A stretch of 64,000 nt of DNA from NCBI RefSeq assembly GCF_041146345.1, contig NW_027191419.1, positions 186,001 to 250,000 on the forward strand. The letters run 5' to 3'. The notes under the pieces are model-generated. The model ran no database searches. It was not told the origin of the DNA and saw only the letters and a program-made list of their open reading frames with translations. Positions 1 to 10,501 of the stretch are shown one piece after another (the first letter of the stretch is position 1; the number at the start of each line of letters is the position of its first letter). The stretch comes from Neodothiora populina. Lineage: Eukaryota. Position numbers and translations under genes: made by a program.

Positions 1-3000
1 GGTCCGTGGGCACAATGGCTGGGTCGAGATATGCCTCCTCGCCTTTGCTGAGAAGCTGCAAGATGTCGAGACTCTCTCCCGGCGGTATGGCGGAGGGATG
101 GGATGGTGTAATGCAGTCCATATCCACTTCTTTGCGGAGAACGTGATCTACATCAACGGCAGAGAAGTAAGCACAAGACTGAGGCAAGTCGCTGATGCCC
201 ATCTGCTGGCTGAACATTGCTCTAGTCCAGACATTGGCGATCTGGAGCGCCATTACAGCACGGTATTTGTCTTCTTCCTTGACCAGATATCTGATTTCAT
301 CGTGCACCGTGATCGAGAGACGAGCGTTGATGTTGTATCGCCGGGCCAGATACTCCATGGACACGACAAGCAGGTGAAGATAGTCCACTCCGCTTGACTG
401 GATCGCCCAGTTGATGCGCGAAGTCATGAAGCCTCCTTTGCTGATGAAGCGGCGCATCAGTGCTTCGGTGATACCTGCACCAAGTACAGGGGTGCGCGGT
501 CGTTCCTGTTCAGCAAAGTCTTCGAGCTTGTTGAACACAAAACTCTCGGTGCCTCCACGCCAGAAAGAACGCTCGTGAAGCATTTTGCGCGTCGTCTTCT
601 GTCCTTTTGTGTTTTTGTACAGCTTGTCTGCGATCTCAGCCGCCTGGGCATCGTTCAGACTCGGGTTGAATTGTCGAAGCAATGTGGATGCAAACTTCAA
701 CCCAGCACCGTATATGCGACCGTAATTGAAGACTTTGGCATCATTGCGAGAAATACCCAGGATCTGCGCTGTACGAGAGTGCAAGTCGGTGCCTTCGGCC
801 TTTGTGCCTTCCAGAGTCATGAAGCCAATGGCGTTACCACCATGCAACTTGAATGATGCGTCACCGACCAGAGATGCGATCCAGAGCTCTTGCGAATCGA
901 CATCAGCCCCGACAAAGATGTAACCAGGAGGCGCCTTCACCATGGACTTGAGCTCAGAGCCGACGCGGTTTTTCTTGGCGTTGCTGGCAGTGAGCCAGGT
1001 GTTTTCCACGGCTCTCCTTGTGATTGTGCCCATCGGGATGATCTGTGGGAGGATATAGCCGTTCGTGGAAGAAGCATCTGCACCGGCCCCTTCACCTTCA
1101 TAAACCACCATCTGGGTCATAATGCGGTCTCGGGCGCTGATCCAGTAGGAGCAAGAGGCGTTCATCTGCAAAGCCTCCTTGGCATACTCGTACTCCGAGG
1201 ACAAAGTGCCATTCTCAAAATACTGGAGATACCCCTTGGCTAATGGGCTGGCGCATCTCGCGGCTGGTCCGTCCTTGTGTGGAAGCTTGAAATATACATT
1301 GCGGCGATCGGCTCGTAAGATCTCATTCTCTTCTTCAGACATGTCGCAGTCGTGTACACCCTTGTCGTGGTATTTCTTCGAGTCTTGCACAGGAACCCGG
1401 AAGGTCCAGCCGTGCTTGTCGGACCAGACAAGAGGATAGCCATCCCAAGCCAGACGCAGGAGTAAAGGAGCCACGCGGGTGCGCACAGTCAATGTTATCG
1501 GAGCATCGTTCTTTGCGAACAGATCCTTGTACCATTGGGGCATACCGGGCATCTTCTGTCGAGCAGCGGGTCGCGGAGGATCACCTTTTTTTTTACCTTT
1601 GACCATGCGGACCTCTTGGCCAGACCAATCGAGTTGGTTCAGCCATGGGTCATCTTCGAATTTCTCTGGCTGTGCCTTCAGCTGCAGAGCTTTCGCAGCA
1701 AGATCGGCAAGACGCTGCTCTACAGCATCGGAAAGCTTTCGATAGGTAGCCTCGGCATTGGCGATGTAGGCTTCCCATGAGCGGTTGACAGGCAGGATCT
1801 CTGCAGACAAGTGACGGAGTGCGGCGAAGCTCACGGGGTGCGGGCAGGTCTCGAGGAATAGAGGGAAGACCTTCCTGTAGACCTTGTGGGTGATGTCGAC
1901 GTCTGCAGCGCAGTAGTCCAGCAGTTCGTCCAGCCTCTCCCGTATCACATCGAGCTCGAGCTCACTAAAGTACTCCCGCTTCGCTTTGTCGATGGTGATG
2001 CCACAATGGAACTTTGCCACGTCACGCAGAGAATTGACAGAGCTGCGACCGACCCAGAGCTCTTCCTCTTCCTCCATATCTCCGACGCTTCTGGCCTGCA
2101 GCAAGACTGACAGATCAGCGGCGGCATCTGAGTTTGCGATTTTGTCTCTGCTTTCCCGAGCCTTCCTGTGCATGTTCCATGTAGGACGTTGTCTGGAGCA
2201 CATGCCATTGACAGCGACGTGAAGAGACATGGTGTCGAGGAAGTTGTTGCAGGACTGTGTGAGGTCGTACTCTTCGGCGATGCGAGCTCTGTCGTATCCG
2301 ATGTTGTGCCCGACTACTATTCTCGGTTTCATGGGATCGCCCAAGGGGATCAGATGTCGATCGGACGACGATTCGCCCAGGAGCCAGGGCGACAACCACG
2401 CATACCAGGCAGTGTCGCTCACGGCGCAAGCCATGACGGGGAAAGAAGAAACGCGCCACAAGACCTCGGTGTCGAAGGTCATGACAGGCTCTTCTGGTGC
2501 GTCAACAGGCTCCGAGGTACCGTCCAGATGGTATCTGGTCCAGCCGCTACGTCGTACCCATCTCCTGGGCTTGGGCGGTGGGTTCGCGAAGGCATACCTC
2601 TTGGCCATTGACAGGTATGGCTCCGCAGAGTCCATGCCGATCCTGTAGAAATGCTCATCCAGGGAAGCGCCCTGCAGTTGGGGCAGGTCGAAGGCAATGG
2701 GAGGTGTCTTGTCGGTGTTCTTGCCCAATAGATCATGGCGACGCAGATGGTCCTTGGACAGCTCCACGAGTTGTTCTGGAGCTTTGGTACCGCCGGCAGG
2801 AAACAGCTGTGGATGGACATGACTGCTGATTTGTTGCACGCCGATTTCGTTGTATCTTGATTGCGATTCGAGTCCTAGATTGGAGCGAGTCTCACTGTTG
2901 GTGGTGGTAAAAGGGTGATGGTGATGTGGTTGCCGTTGTAACTGCCATTGCCACTGCTCCTGCCATTCTCGAGGCGCGCAACACAGTCGCAAGAGAGAAG

Positions 3001-3055
3001 TCTGCTGTGTGCGCACAAATCGACAGCCCGTCACGGCTCTGCGGCTGGGTCGCAT
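1..3055 (-). CDS. MIP1: Mitochondrial DNA polymerase gamma (family A); 3' end runs off the window
   Basis: Manual minus-strand translation from ATG at 3055 (MRPSRRAVTG..., Arg-rich presequence-like). Contains RYNEIGVQ, Exo I TFDTEV (~2470), motif A VGADVDSQELWIA (~900), motif B SRNDAKVFNYGRIYGAG (~730) and motif C ITVHDEIRYLV (~300). Absent from the ORF track, presumably because no stop lies inside the window. Confidence 0.97.
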   Translation of the reverse strand, partial: MRPSRRAVTGCRFVRTQQTSLLRLCCAPREWQEQWQWQLQRQPHHHHPFTTTNSETRSNLGLESQSRYNEIGVQQISSHVHPQLFPAGGTKAPEQLVELSKDHLRRHDLLGKNTDKTPPIAFDLPQLQGASLDEHFYRIGMDSAEPYLSMAKRYAFANPPPKPRRWVRRSGWTRYHLDGTSEPVDAPEEPVMTFDTEVLWRVSSFPVMACAVSDTAWYAWLSPWLLGESSSDRHLIPLGDPMKPRIVVGHNIGYDRARIAEEYDLTQSCNNFLDTMSLHVAVNGMCSRQRPTWNMHRKARESRDKIANSDAAADLSVLLQARSVGDMEEEEELWVGRSSVNSLRDVAKFHCGITIDKAKREYFSELELDVIRERLDELLDYCAADVDITHKVYRKVFPLFLETCPHPVSFAALRHLSAEILPVNRSWEAYIANAEATYRKLSDAVEQRLADLAAKALQLKAQPEKFEDDPWLNQLDWSGQEVRMVKGKKKGDPPRPAARQKMPGMPQWYKDLFAKNDAPITLTVRTRVAPLLLRLAWDGYPLVWSDKHGWTFRVPVQDSKKYHDKGVHDCDMSEEENEILRADRRNVYFKLPHKDGPAARCASPLAKGYLQYFENGTLSSEYEYAKEALQMNASCSYWISARDRIMTQMVVYEGEGAGADASSTNGYILPQIIPMGTITRRAVENTWLTASNAKKNRVGSELKSMVKAPPGYIFVGADVDSQELWIASLVGDASFKLHGGNAIGFMTLEGTKAEGTDLHSRTAQILGISRNDAKVFNYGRIYGAGLKFASTLLRQFNPSLNDAQAAEIADKLYKNTKGQKTTRKMLHERSFWRGGTESFVFNKLEDFAEQERPRTPVLGAGITEALMRRFISKGGFMTSRINWAIQSSGVDYLHLLVVSMEYLARRYNINARLSITVHDEIRYLVKEEDKYRAVMALQIANVWTRAMFSQQMGISDLPQSCAYFSAVDVDHVLRKEVDMDCITPSHPSAIPPGESLDILQLLSKGEEAYLDPAIVPTD

Positions 3056-4021
3056 ACTCTTTATTGGCTGTCAAAAGGCGAGAGAGAGACTTCAATATCG
3101 CGCCATGTCGTCTCGAGCAATCAAGAAGGGGCGTCGGAGACGCATTTAGGAGTAAAGTACGGGTCTTTGGCTCTCTACTGGTATCTATGACCTGTAAACT
3201 TCACTAGCCCGGATCAGAATGATAGTATATCTGTTCTCTGTTCGGAAAAGCTCAAACTTTTGGTTTTATTGTATGTGCAGTCGCTCCGTGACTCTTCTTT
3301 TGCTACCTCATTCTTCTGCAGTAACTCAAGTTGCTGTTACTGCAGGATAGAACAAGTTGCAAGGTATCTCAAGGTGAAATGTGAAGGTAATCGTCATTTG
3401 GCCTTTTCTCATATCGCCATGGCCCGTGCTGCACGATCAGCAGTAAGGTGCTTGCAGGTCCAGCAGATACTCGTACAACTACAGTCAGTCGCAGGCAGAA
3501 CCGTTGATGACAAGGGACGAAATCGCATTCAAGGGTCTGAACAAGACGGCAACAGCTCGCACCACTGTCTAGAGGAACAACAAATGTTGTGCGGTGTGCA
3601 TCCTCTTCCAGATCTTCCAGAGCTGCGTGGAAAAAACGAATACATTTGGATCCGAGCATCTGGGTGCTGCTCAGGGTGCACTGCGGACTTAAGCCCTACG
3701 AATAGTGTTTTCGTTCTTTTCTCCCTGTCTCACGGTCTTACCTTACCTACCAGATGCAGTACAGGTACGTAGCTTACCGTGCATTACCTACCCTATACTG
3801 TAGTAACTTGTACCCTGAGGCCGGCCGTCTTCAATACTCGGTCTGCTCCTTGACTCGGCCTTGCGACATGCAGATGTCTGCCATGTTCTTTCTTGTCATT
3901 CTTGTGTGTGTAGACTGAGGTACGCCTATGAGCGCGACGAGTGGTCTCCCTGTGATCTCCATCTTTATAAGCACCTTCTCGGGACTGTACAGTGCTGCAG
4001 TCAGGCACCTTAGTCTGGGTC

Positions 4022-5238
4022 ATGTCCGAGAACGAAGGGCATTATGATGCCAACAACTCGTCTCTGAACTTTTCCCGGTTTCAAGCTGACACCTCTGGTA
4101 ATCGATGGGACACAAACGCCGAATGGTAGGTACCGCATACATACCACCTTCTTTGTTGCCACACCCAGCATTCTTACTCACGGCGCACAGGAATTGGCCC
4201 AGCGACCTTCACGCCGAATCAAGGGACGCACCTTCTTCGCCCCATCGATCACTTCCGCCACCCCAAGCAGCCGTGCAAGTCCAGACGCAGACGCAGGCGC
4301 AATCACAAGCGCGGCCACGGCTTCGACCAACAGCCGCACCATCAGTAGCAGCAGAAGCACCTCGTTCAACGCCACCCTCATTCAGTCCCCATTACTATAG
4401 ACAACTGCCTCCACTGAGTCACGCAAACCCCATCGCCTCACTCACAGCCGCCTTGAGAGGTGACACGTCCGGACTCGGAAACCCTCCAACCCAGGGTCTG
4501 ACATCTTCATCATCGTCTTCTGTCGCACAATCAGGCTCGCTCGCCGGTCGCAGCACAGATAACCTACGTCGCTTACCTACACCACCGCCGCCGCCGCCTC
4601 GTAACAACGAGCAACCTGTCCGGGGTGTGTTGCTAAGAGCCGAAGAGCCACGCTCCGCCACTGACTCACCCTCTCCTTCTCCCAGCATTTCTCTTTCCCC
4701 GACTTCCTCTCCCTTTACCATGCCCCGCACCTCGGCTACACTCACACGCAAGCGTTCGCGAGGTGCCGCCTCAGATGGAACACCCGACGCGAAAAGGAGA
4801 AGAAATAGCGGCATCCAAGAGGTTGATCTGTCAACCAACAAAGCCGACTCTTCGTCCGCTAAGGAAGCAATCCTCGAAAAGGAACGCGAGCAACTGGTCA
4901 AGAGGCAGAGGGAGGAAAGCGGCAAGGCTGTCAGGCTGAACGACTTGCAATGTATGATTTGCCTCGAACGGTTTACAAACATGAGTGTCACACATTGTGG
5001 TGAGTTTTCTCCCGTTATGCTTCACTAACAAACCCTCTGATCTGTCTCTTCAGGTCATCTGTTCTGTCACGAATGTCTGATACAGGCGCTGAATGCCAGC
5101 GAGAGGGCGAGCGAGAGGAACGTAGGGACATGTCCTGCATGTAGAAAGCCTATTAAGAGAGGCCCCTCGGCGAAGAATCAGATCATTCCTCTGGCAATGA
5201 TGAAGAAGCCGGTCAGGTCATCGGTTCACCTTACCTAA
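4022..5238 (+). CDS. C3HC4 RING finger protein with SIM-like motif (Slx8/Rfp/RNF4-type SUMO-targeted ubiquitin ligase candidate), 3 exons
   Basis: Exons ~4022-4125, 4190-4999 and ~5054-5238 (GTAGGT..CAG; GTGAGT..CAG). The spliced RING reads CMIC..THCGHLFCHEC..CPAC. IQEVDL precedes it within a disordered Ser/Pro-rich region. Confidence 0.8.
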
Positions 5239-5889
5239 AAGATGACTACAGACTACTGTGAGATGGATGGTACGAGCATTATACCCGGGGCAAAGGCGTT
5301 GTTCGATTGGTTAGGACTGCACACATGCATAAATACGGCACAACTTAGGGCGGTGCACAAGAGATATAGCCATAAACTTGCTTCTTGGTACCTGGATACC
5401 GATCACGCAATGCGCTACCTGTTCTCGGTGGTAACTTCCGTGAAATTTAAGGCTCGCAAATCTGGGTGATCGAGGCGATCATCACACGCCATCGATGGTC
5501 GATTCCCGTTGAGCACAGCGCAGTCTTTGTACTCTTACGGTTTCCTTTCTACTGGTACGAGTGGATTAGCTTCCACAAGAACAGGATTGGGGCATTTCTG
5601 TGACGCCTTCTCTACCACCAACACTGATCCAGGCCCTGACGACCCCGCATACGTCATGACCAGCATCATCATCATTATCACACAATTCACTGAGCTCCAC
5701 ACGGACACGGAGGGTCGAGATGGAACAGGAAAACATCACTTATCTTCTGGTAGATATCCCAATTGCTTCCTGCTCGATTTGCCATTTGCAACTTTGATAT
5801 CTGTTACTATCTGACCTTCACCAATACACACATCCCGTCAACCAATTCCAAGTTTCCTTCAAGACAATCTCTCCTGCAATACTTTGAAA

Positions 5890-7586
5890 ATGGAGACTAT
5901 CAGAAATGCAGCCAACGCGGCCGCCAGCTACGTTGGTTACGACACCAACGAGCGAGAAGTTGCTGGTGAACAGCTAGGCGAGCTGGTCTCTGACAGACAG
6001 AGAGACGGCACTGTCGGCACCGAGCCCATCTCTGGCCAGCTCGGATCCGGTAGTGCTGGTCAGCCTTACGATGCTGGAAATGTCGAAGGTACATATTATG
6101 CTATATATGGAAAATATATGACAGATGATTAACAAGACCCTCAGATCTCGGTGCTGCATCTTCATCCACTGGACATCAGCACGGACTTGGCAACACCGTT
6201 GGCTCAAGCACTGGAACCAACTCTGTCCCTGCAGGATACGAGAGCACCTCGGGATATGGCAACAACACTGGATCCCAACCCAGCACCAGCCGCGGCATTG
6301 GAGCCGACGCTACCCAGCAAGGCAACCACTACACCACAACCACCACTGCTGGCAAATTACCTGGATCCACTGGCATCGATGCCACTCGCGAAGTCGGAAA
6401 CTTGTCTGGCACCACTCACAGTGATCGCAATTCTACTTACAGCCAGGGCAGCACTTCCTCGGGAGGTAACCGCTCTCATCTCCACGGTCAAGCATTCGGC
6501 TCTGACCGCAACTTTGGACAATCGGGCGACAGATATCTCTTCGACGGCAACACTGCCCCCGGCTCTGGTGGCCGTCGTTCGCACAACGTCGACGACTTCA
6601 CTGACGACAACATTCACAATGAAGGCTCAGGGCACAAGATCATCAGTGAGCTAGGCTCGGATGCAGGCTCTGGCAAGGCCGGACCTGGTGCCGGTAACAC
6701 CGGTGTCAGCGGCGTTGCATCAGGCCTTGGTCAAGGCAAGGAGAGCGAGAGGAGCAGAAAGCCTGGCTTCGGACGTCAAGCTTCGGGCTTGGGATCGGGC
6801 TCGTATGGTCTGAACTCGGGTAAGCCGAGAGAGAGCCTCGGCCACCAGGCTGAGCGTAAAGTCGAAGAGTACGCCGCTCCTGCTGGACTTGCCGGTGCAG
6901 GTGCATATGGAGCCAGCCACTCTGGCAAGGAGCCGCTTTCCGGCGTCAGAGGCTCCGGCGTCGCAGGAGAGCCCTACGATCAGGGCAACGTCCATGATGG
7001 TGCCGCCGCAAGTCAGCTGAACCGTGGCACTGGCCTCGATGACGAGACATACAGCTCTAGCACTGGTAGACCACACGAAAGTCTAGGCCAGAAGACCGAG
7101 CGCAAGGTTGAGGAATACGCCGCACCCGCTGGCGTTGCTGGAGCCGGCGCGTACGGCGCCAACCAATCTAGAGCGAACGACAGCCAGGTCTCGCAAGCGA
7201 CATCTGGCATGGGCGGCCTGAGCTTGAACGAGAGACAACGTGGACACGACGGAGCTTACGACGTGACTAACGCCGGACCTTATGGCTCAGAGAGCAACAC
7301 CACCGGCGGCATCCCCTTCCCTGGCTCGTCCACTACCGGCCACAGTACCACCACCAGCGGCTTCCGTGGTCACGGCAGTTCGGGCTCGGGACTCGGCGCA
7401 GGCGGTCTCGAGGAGAGAATCGCCGGTGCCCCAGTCCCTGGACACGAGGGTGATGAGGAGTGTGTCGATGGCCACCATAACACGCACCCGTCAGGCGAGC
7501 GGGCTCATGAGGATAGAACCCACAAGCCCACCTTCTTGGACTACCAGCACGACAAGTTTGGCGTTCCTGTCGCCAGGGGCGATTAG
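5890..7586 (+). CDS. Gly/Ser-rich hydrophilin-like repeat protein, 2 exons
   Basis: ATG at 5890; intron ~6089-6144 (GTACAT..CAG) joins in frame to ORF 6402-7586. Has a duplicated EPxSGxxGSGxAGxPYDxGN motif and duplicated ESLGxxxERKVEEYAAPAGxAGAGAYGA. Codon usage is strongly biased. Confidence 0.8.
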
Positions 7587-8046
7587 ATATTCTTCTTTCC
7601 TTTCTATTTCTTTCCTGACGACGATGGACGGCTGAAAGTATTGATGGATGGACGGGGTATGATTGTCGAAATGAAGACGATGCTATGAGTTTTTTTCTTC
7701 CCCTTCAGGTTTAGCAGTTCTCATGACTTTAGGCAACGATATGAAAACGAATCTTCTTTTTAGTTCTACACACGTGTGTCTTATTGATTATGTTCTTTCC
7801 TACGCTGCTATGTGATGTAGAAGTAAATCTGGTGCATTCGATTTTTGCCATGTAATGCACTATACCCGTTATCATCCCACAATTGCTCACGAACTAGGAA
7901 CGATGTCTGTAAGCAGATGGTACATTTGGGAGACATGATCAATCCCTCCTGGTTACCCCTGTGTATATTCATCATCATCATCATCATCATCATCTCCATG
8001 CATAGCGAGAAACGAATGCCGCGACTAATGAACCCCAATTTCACCT

Positions 8047-9498
8047 CTACGCACCCCGAACGCTCTCCACAAACTCACCAACCGCACGACCCACGACGTC
8101 CGCAGCCTCCTCAGCAAGATAATGCCCAACACCGCCACCGACGCCCCTCGCCTGCACCTCGACGCCCTCCCCAACCCACTCCTTCCAGATCCGCCCGACA
8201 TCGCCATGCATCTTACCCAACTTTCCCAAACTCCACATGACGAGCAGCGGCACAGCGATCTTCTGGCCCCTGTCCTGCTCGTCCCTCTGCTCCTGCGGCT
8301 CAGGATGCACGGCAGCGGAGTAATCGGCCACGGCGCCCTCGATGTACTCTTTCTTCGCGTGCAGAGCCTCGTAGAGCTCCCACGCCGAGTCGGATTGACA
8401 TGCCGCGACGGCGGAGGCGTCCGGGCCAGACGTGTTGGATAGTAGGGAATGCGCGAATCTGTCGCCGCCGTAGGCGAGCAGCATGGGGATCGCGGGCGGG
8501 GAGGTCAGGAAGGCCCAGTGGTAGTATTTGGAACTGACTGTGGGCGAAGTGAAGGATTGCCATTGGGTTAGGGTGGGTACGATGTCTAGGAGTATGAGGC
8601 CTAGGAGGGAGAAGGTGTAGAGGTCGGAGGGAGGAGATGAAGCTGAAGACGAGGAAGGGCTTCCGGCGTGGGTCACGGCTATGCGGTGGCAGAGGCGCGC
8701 GCCGCGGTCGTGGCCACCTAGGATTATGGGTCGTGAGGGGAAGAGGGCGTGCGAGGTTTCCAGGAGAGCGGCGGCTACGGCGCTGCGGGATGGGTCTTTT
8801 GATGGCGTGCTTATGCCGTAGCCTGGGAGCTTTTTGTTGGGGTTTAGTTCTCGTGCTACTGCCGTGTGGTCTATGGAATGCTTGGGCTTCGGGTGTAGAG
8901 CGGAGAGTGAAGAAGTGGTGTCAGATGTGGTTATTGATGTGCAGAAATGAAAATGGAAACATTCGAGAATCGATGGATCTCGGAATCAAAGTCGGGGAAG
9001 CATTGCGAGCAAAGCGATATGCCACCGTCTGACTGATAGGCTAAGGTATCTTTGACCGAGTCCTTTTCACAAAGAGGTGGCAAGACAAGACGTATAACTC
9101 ATGTATGAAATCGAAGGCATCGAGGCAACATCAAGCAGCACAAGTGACGCGCTTTCACTTACCTCGGGAATAAAAAGAGAAATCTTGTCTTTCAGCATAG
9201 GCACGATCTACAAGAAACATGAGCGACGAGACAAACAACCAAAAGGCGTCTTGCAACGCACATGGCGAAAGCTACCGGCTCGGTCAGTTGCATGAATCTA
9301 ACGACGAGAAAACATGAACGTTTACATGTATGCAGATTGCGGGTAGCCATGGACGAGCCACAGAACGGGACCTTTGCCCAGGTCATGACTGTAGCTCACG
9401 ACATTGGAACCAGAAGTCGTCGAAGTGGTCTTGCGAATGAGGAAGGGGTGGATATTGGTGATGTCTACCGTGTCACAGATTGCTGGACTTGAAGTCAT
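8047..9498 (-). CDS. Alpha/beta-hydrolase, haloacetate/fluoroacetate dehalogenase-like, 4 exons (~336 aa)
   Basis: Exons 9498-9326, 9271-9262, 9207-9163 and 8829-8047 total 1011 nt in frame. Motifs HGYPQ, PELPGYG, GHDRGAR, LDIVPT, YYHWAFL, ADY and GHYLAEE. Confidence 0.88.
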
Positions 9499-10055
9499 CG
9501 TCAAGGATGGACGGGGAGATCAACGAGATGAGTATCGTGGGAGAGATTCTTGACTATGGTATATGGAAACGAAGCAGTTTTGTATACAGTAATTGAAGTC
9601 ACGATACTTCCTGACCTGATTGGCTACCTAGGAGGTAAAGTAATGGATATTCCCTTACTGAACTGTACGCTTTGTACAGCAGTAGGAAGGCTGTGTTATT
9701 ATGCTGACGTCGTGCCCCCGCATTTGCATGATTGATCTGTATCAGGTAGTCCATGACACAAACAGACAGACACATGGAGGAGAGAAAGAAAAGCCAAGCT
9801 TTGCCGACAAGCTTTTACCACGATTTCCGGATTAGCAGACAAAACGGGGGCGACACACGGGGCATGGGGTGTGCAGTAAGATATCAGTAGGATTCGAACA
9901 CCGGCGCCGCGTGGACGTTAGGTTCACTTAGGCTCAGTTCCGGCGGTCTTGTCAGTCTTGTCAGTCAGGGCGAAGGCGGGCCAGATGCTGGCAGATTGGC
10001 TTGGGACTCTGGCAGTTCTTATGCGGGTTTTGTGGCTTTGACTTTGTTTGACTTT

Positions 10056-10074
10056 GGGGGGGGGGGGGGGGGGG
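10056..10074. repeat. Poly-G homopolymer (G19)
   Basis: Directly visible, in the divergent intergenic region between the hydrolase and palH. Confidence 0.95.
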
Positions 10075-10501
10075 AGAGTCTCAGTCCGTTCCTTCCCAGA
10101 GCACAACCACGACTGCCTCAGACTGTGCTGCAATCTACAACCTGCAATCTGCAATCTGCAACTTCTCCTCACTCTGACAGCCGCAGCCCACAGCCCACCT
10201 CTCCGCATCTTCTAATCACAATCACAACCATCACCGCTACCCGTTATATCGTCACTGTCGCCAACACTCGCGTATCTCGACGACTCCGACGACGGCTCGA
10301 CTGGCAACATTCGCCATGGTCTCGCTGATGAAGAGACGACACACCCGACCCTCGTAGACGCATGTGTGTGCGCGCCGCCCGTCACCACCATCACTACTGC
10401 CCATCATATCGCCACTGTCGCCGACACTCGATCAAGGCACTTGCCATATTTGTCCATACCTTCCCGCGTCGGATTAGCCAGAATTACTGCGACGGTCGGG
10501 C

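Noticed and set aside
9793..9798. Single PacC-type GCCAAG site upstream of palH
   Set aside because: One hexamer is expected by chance and is not clustered.
9885..9960. B-box-like GTTCGAATCC on the minus strand, suggesting a tRNA
   Set aside because: The flanks do not form a T-stem or acceptor stem, and no cloverleaf could be built.
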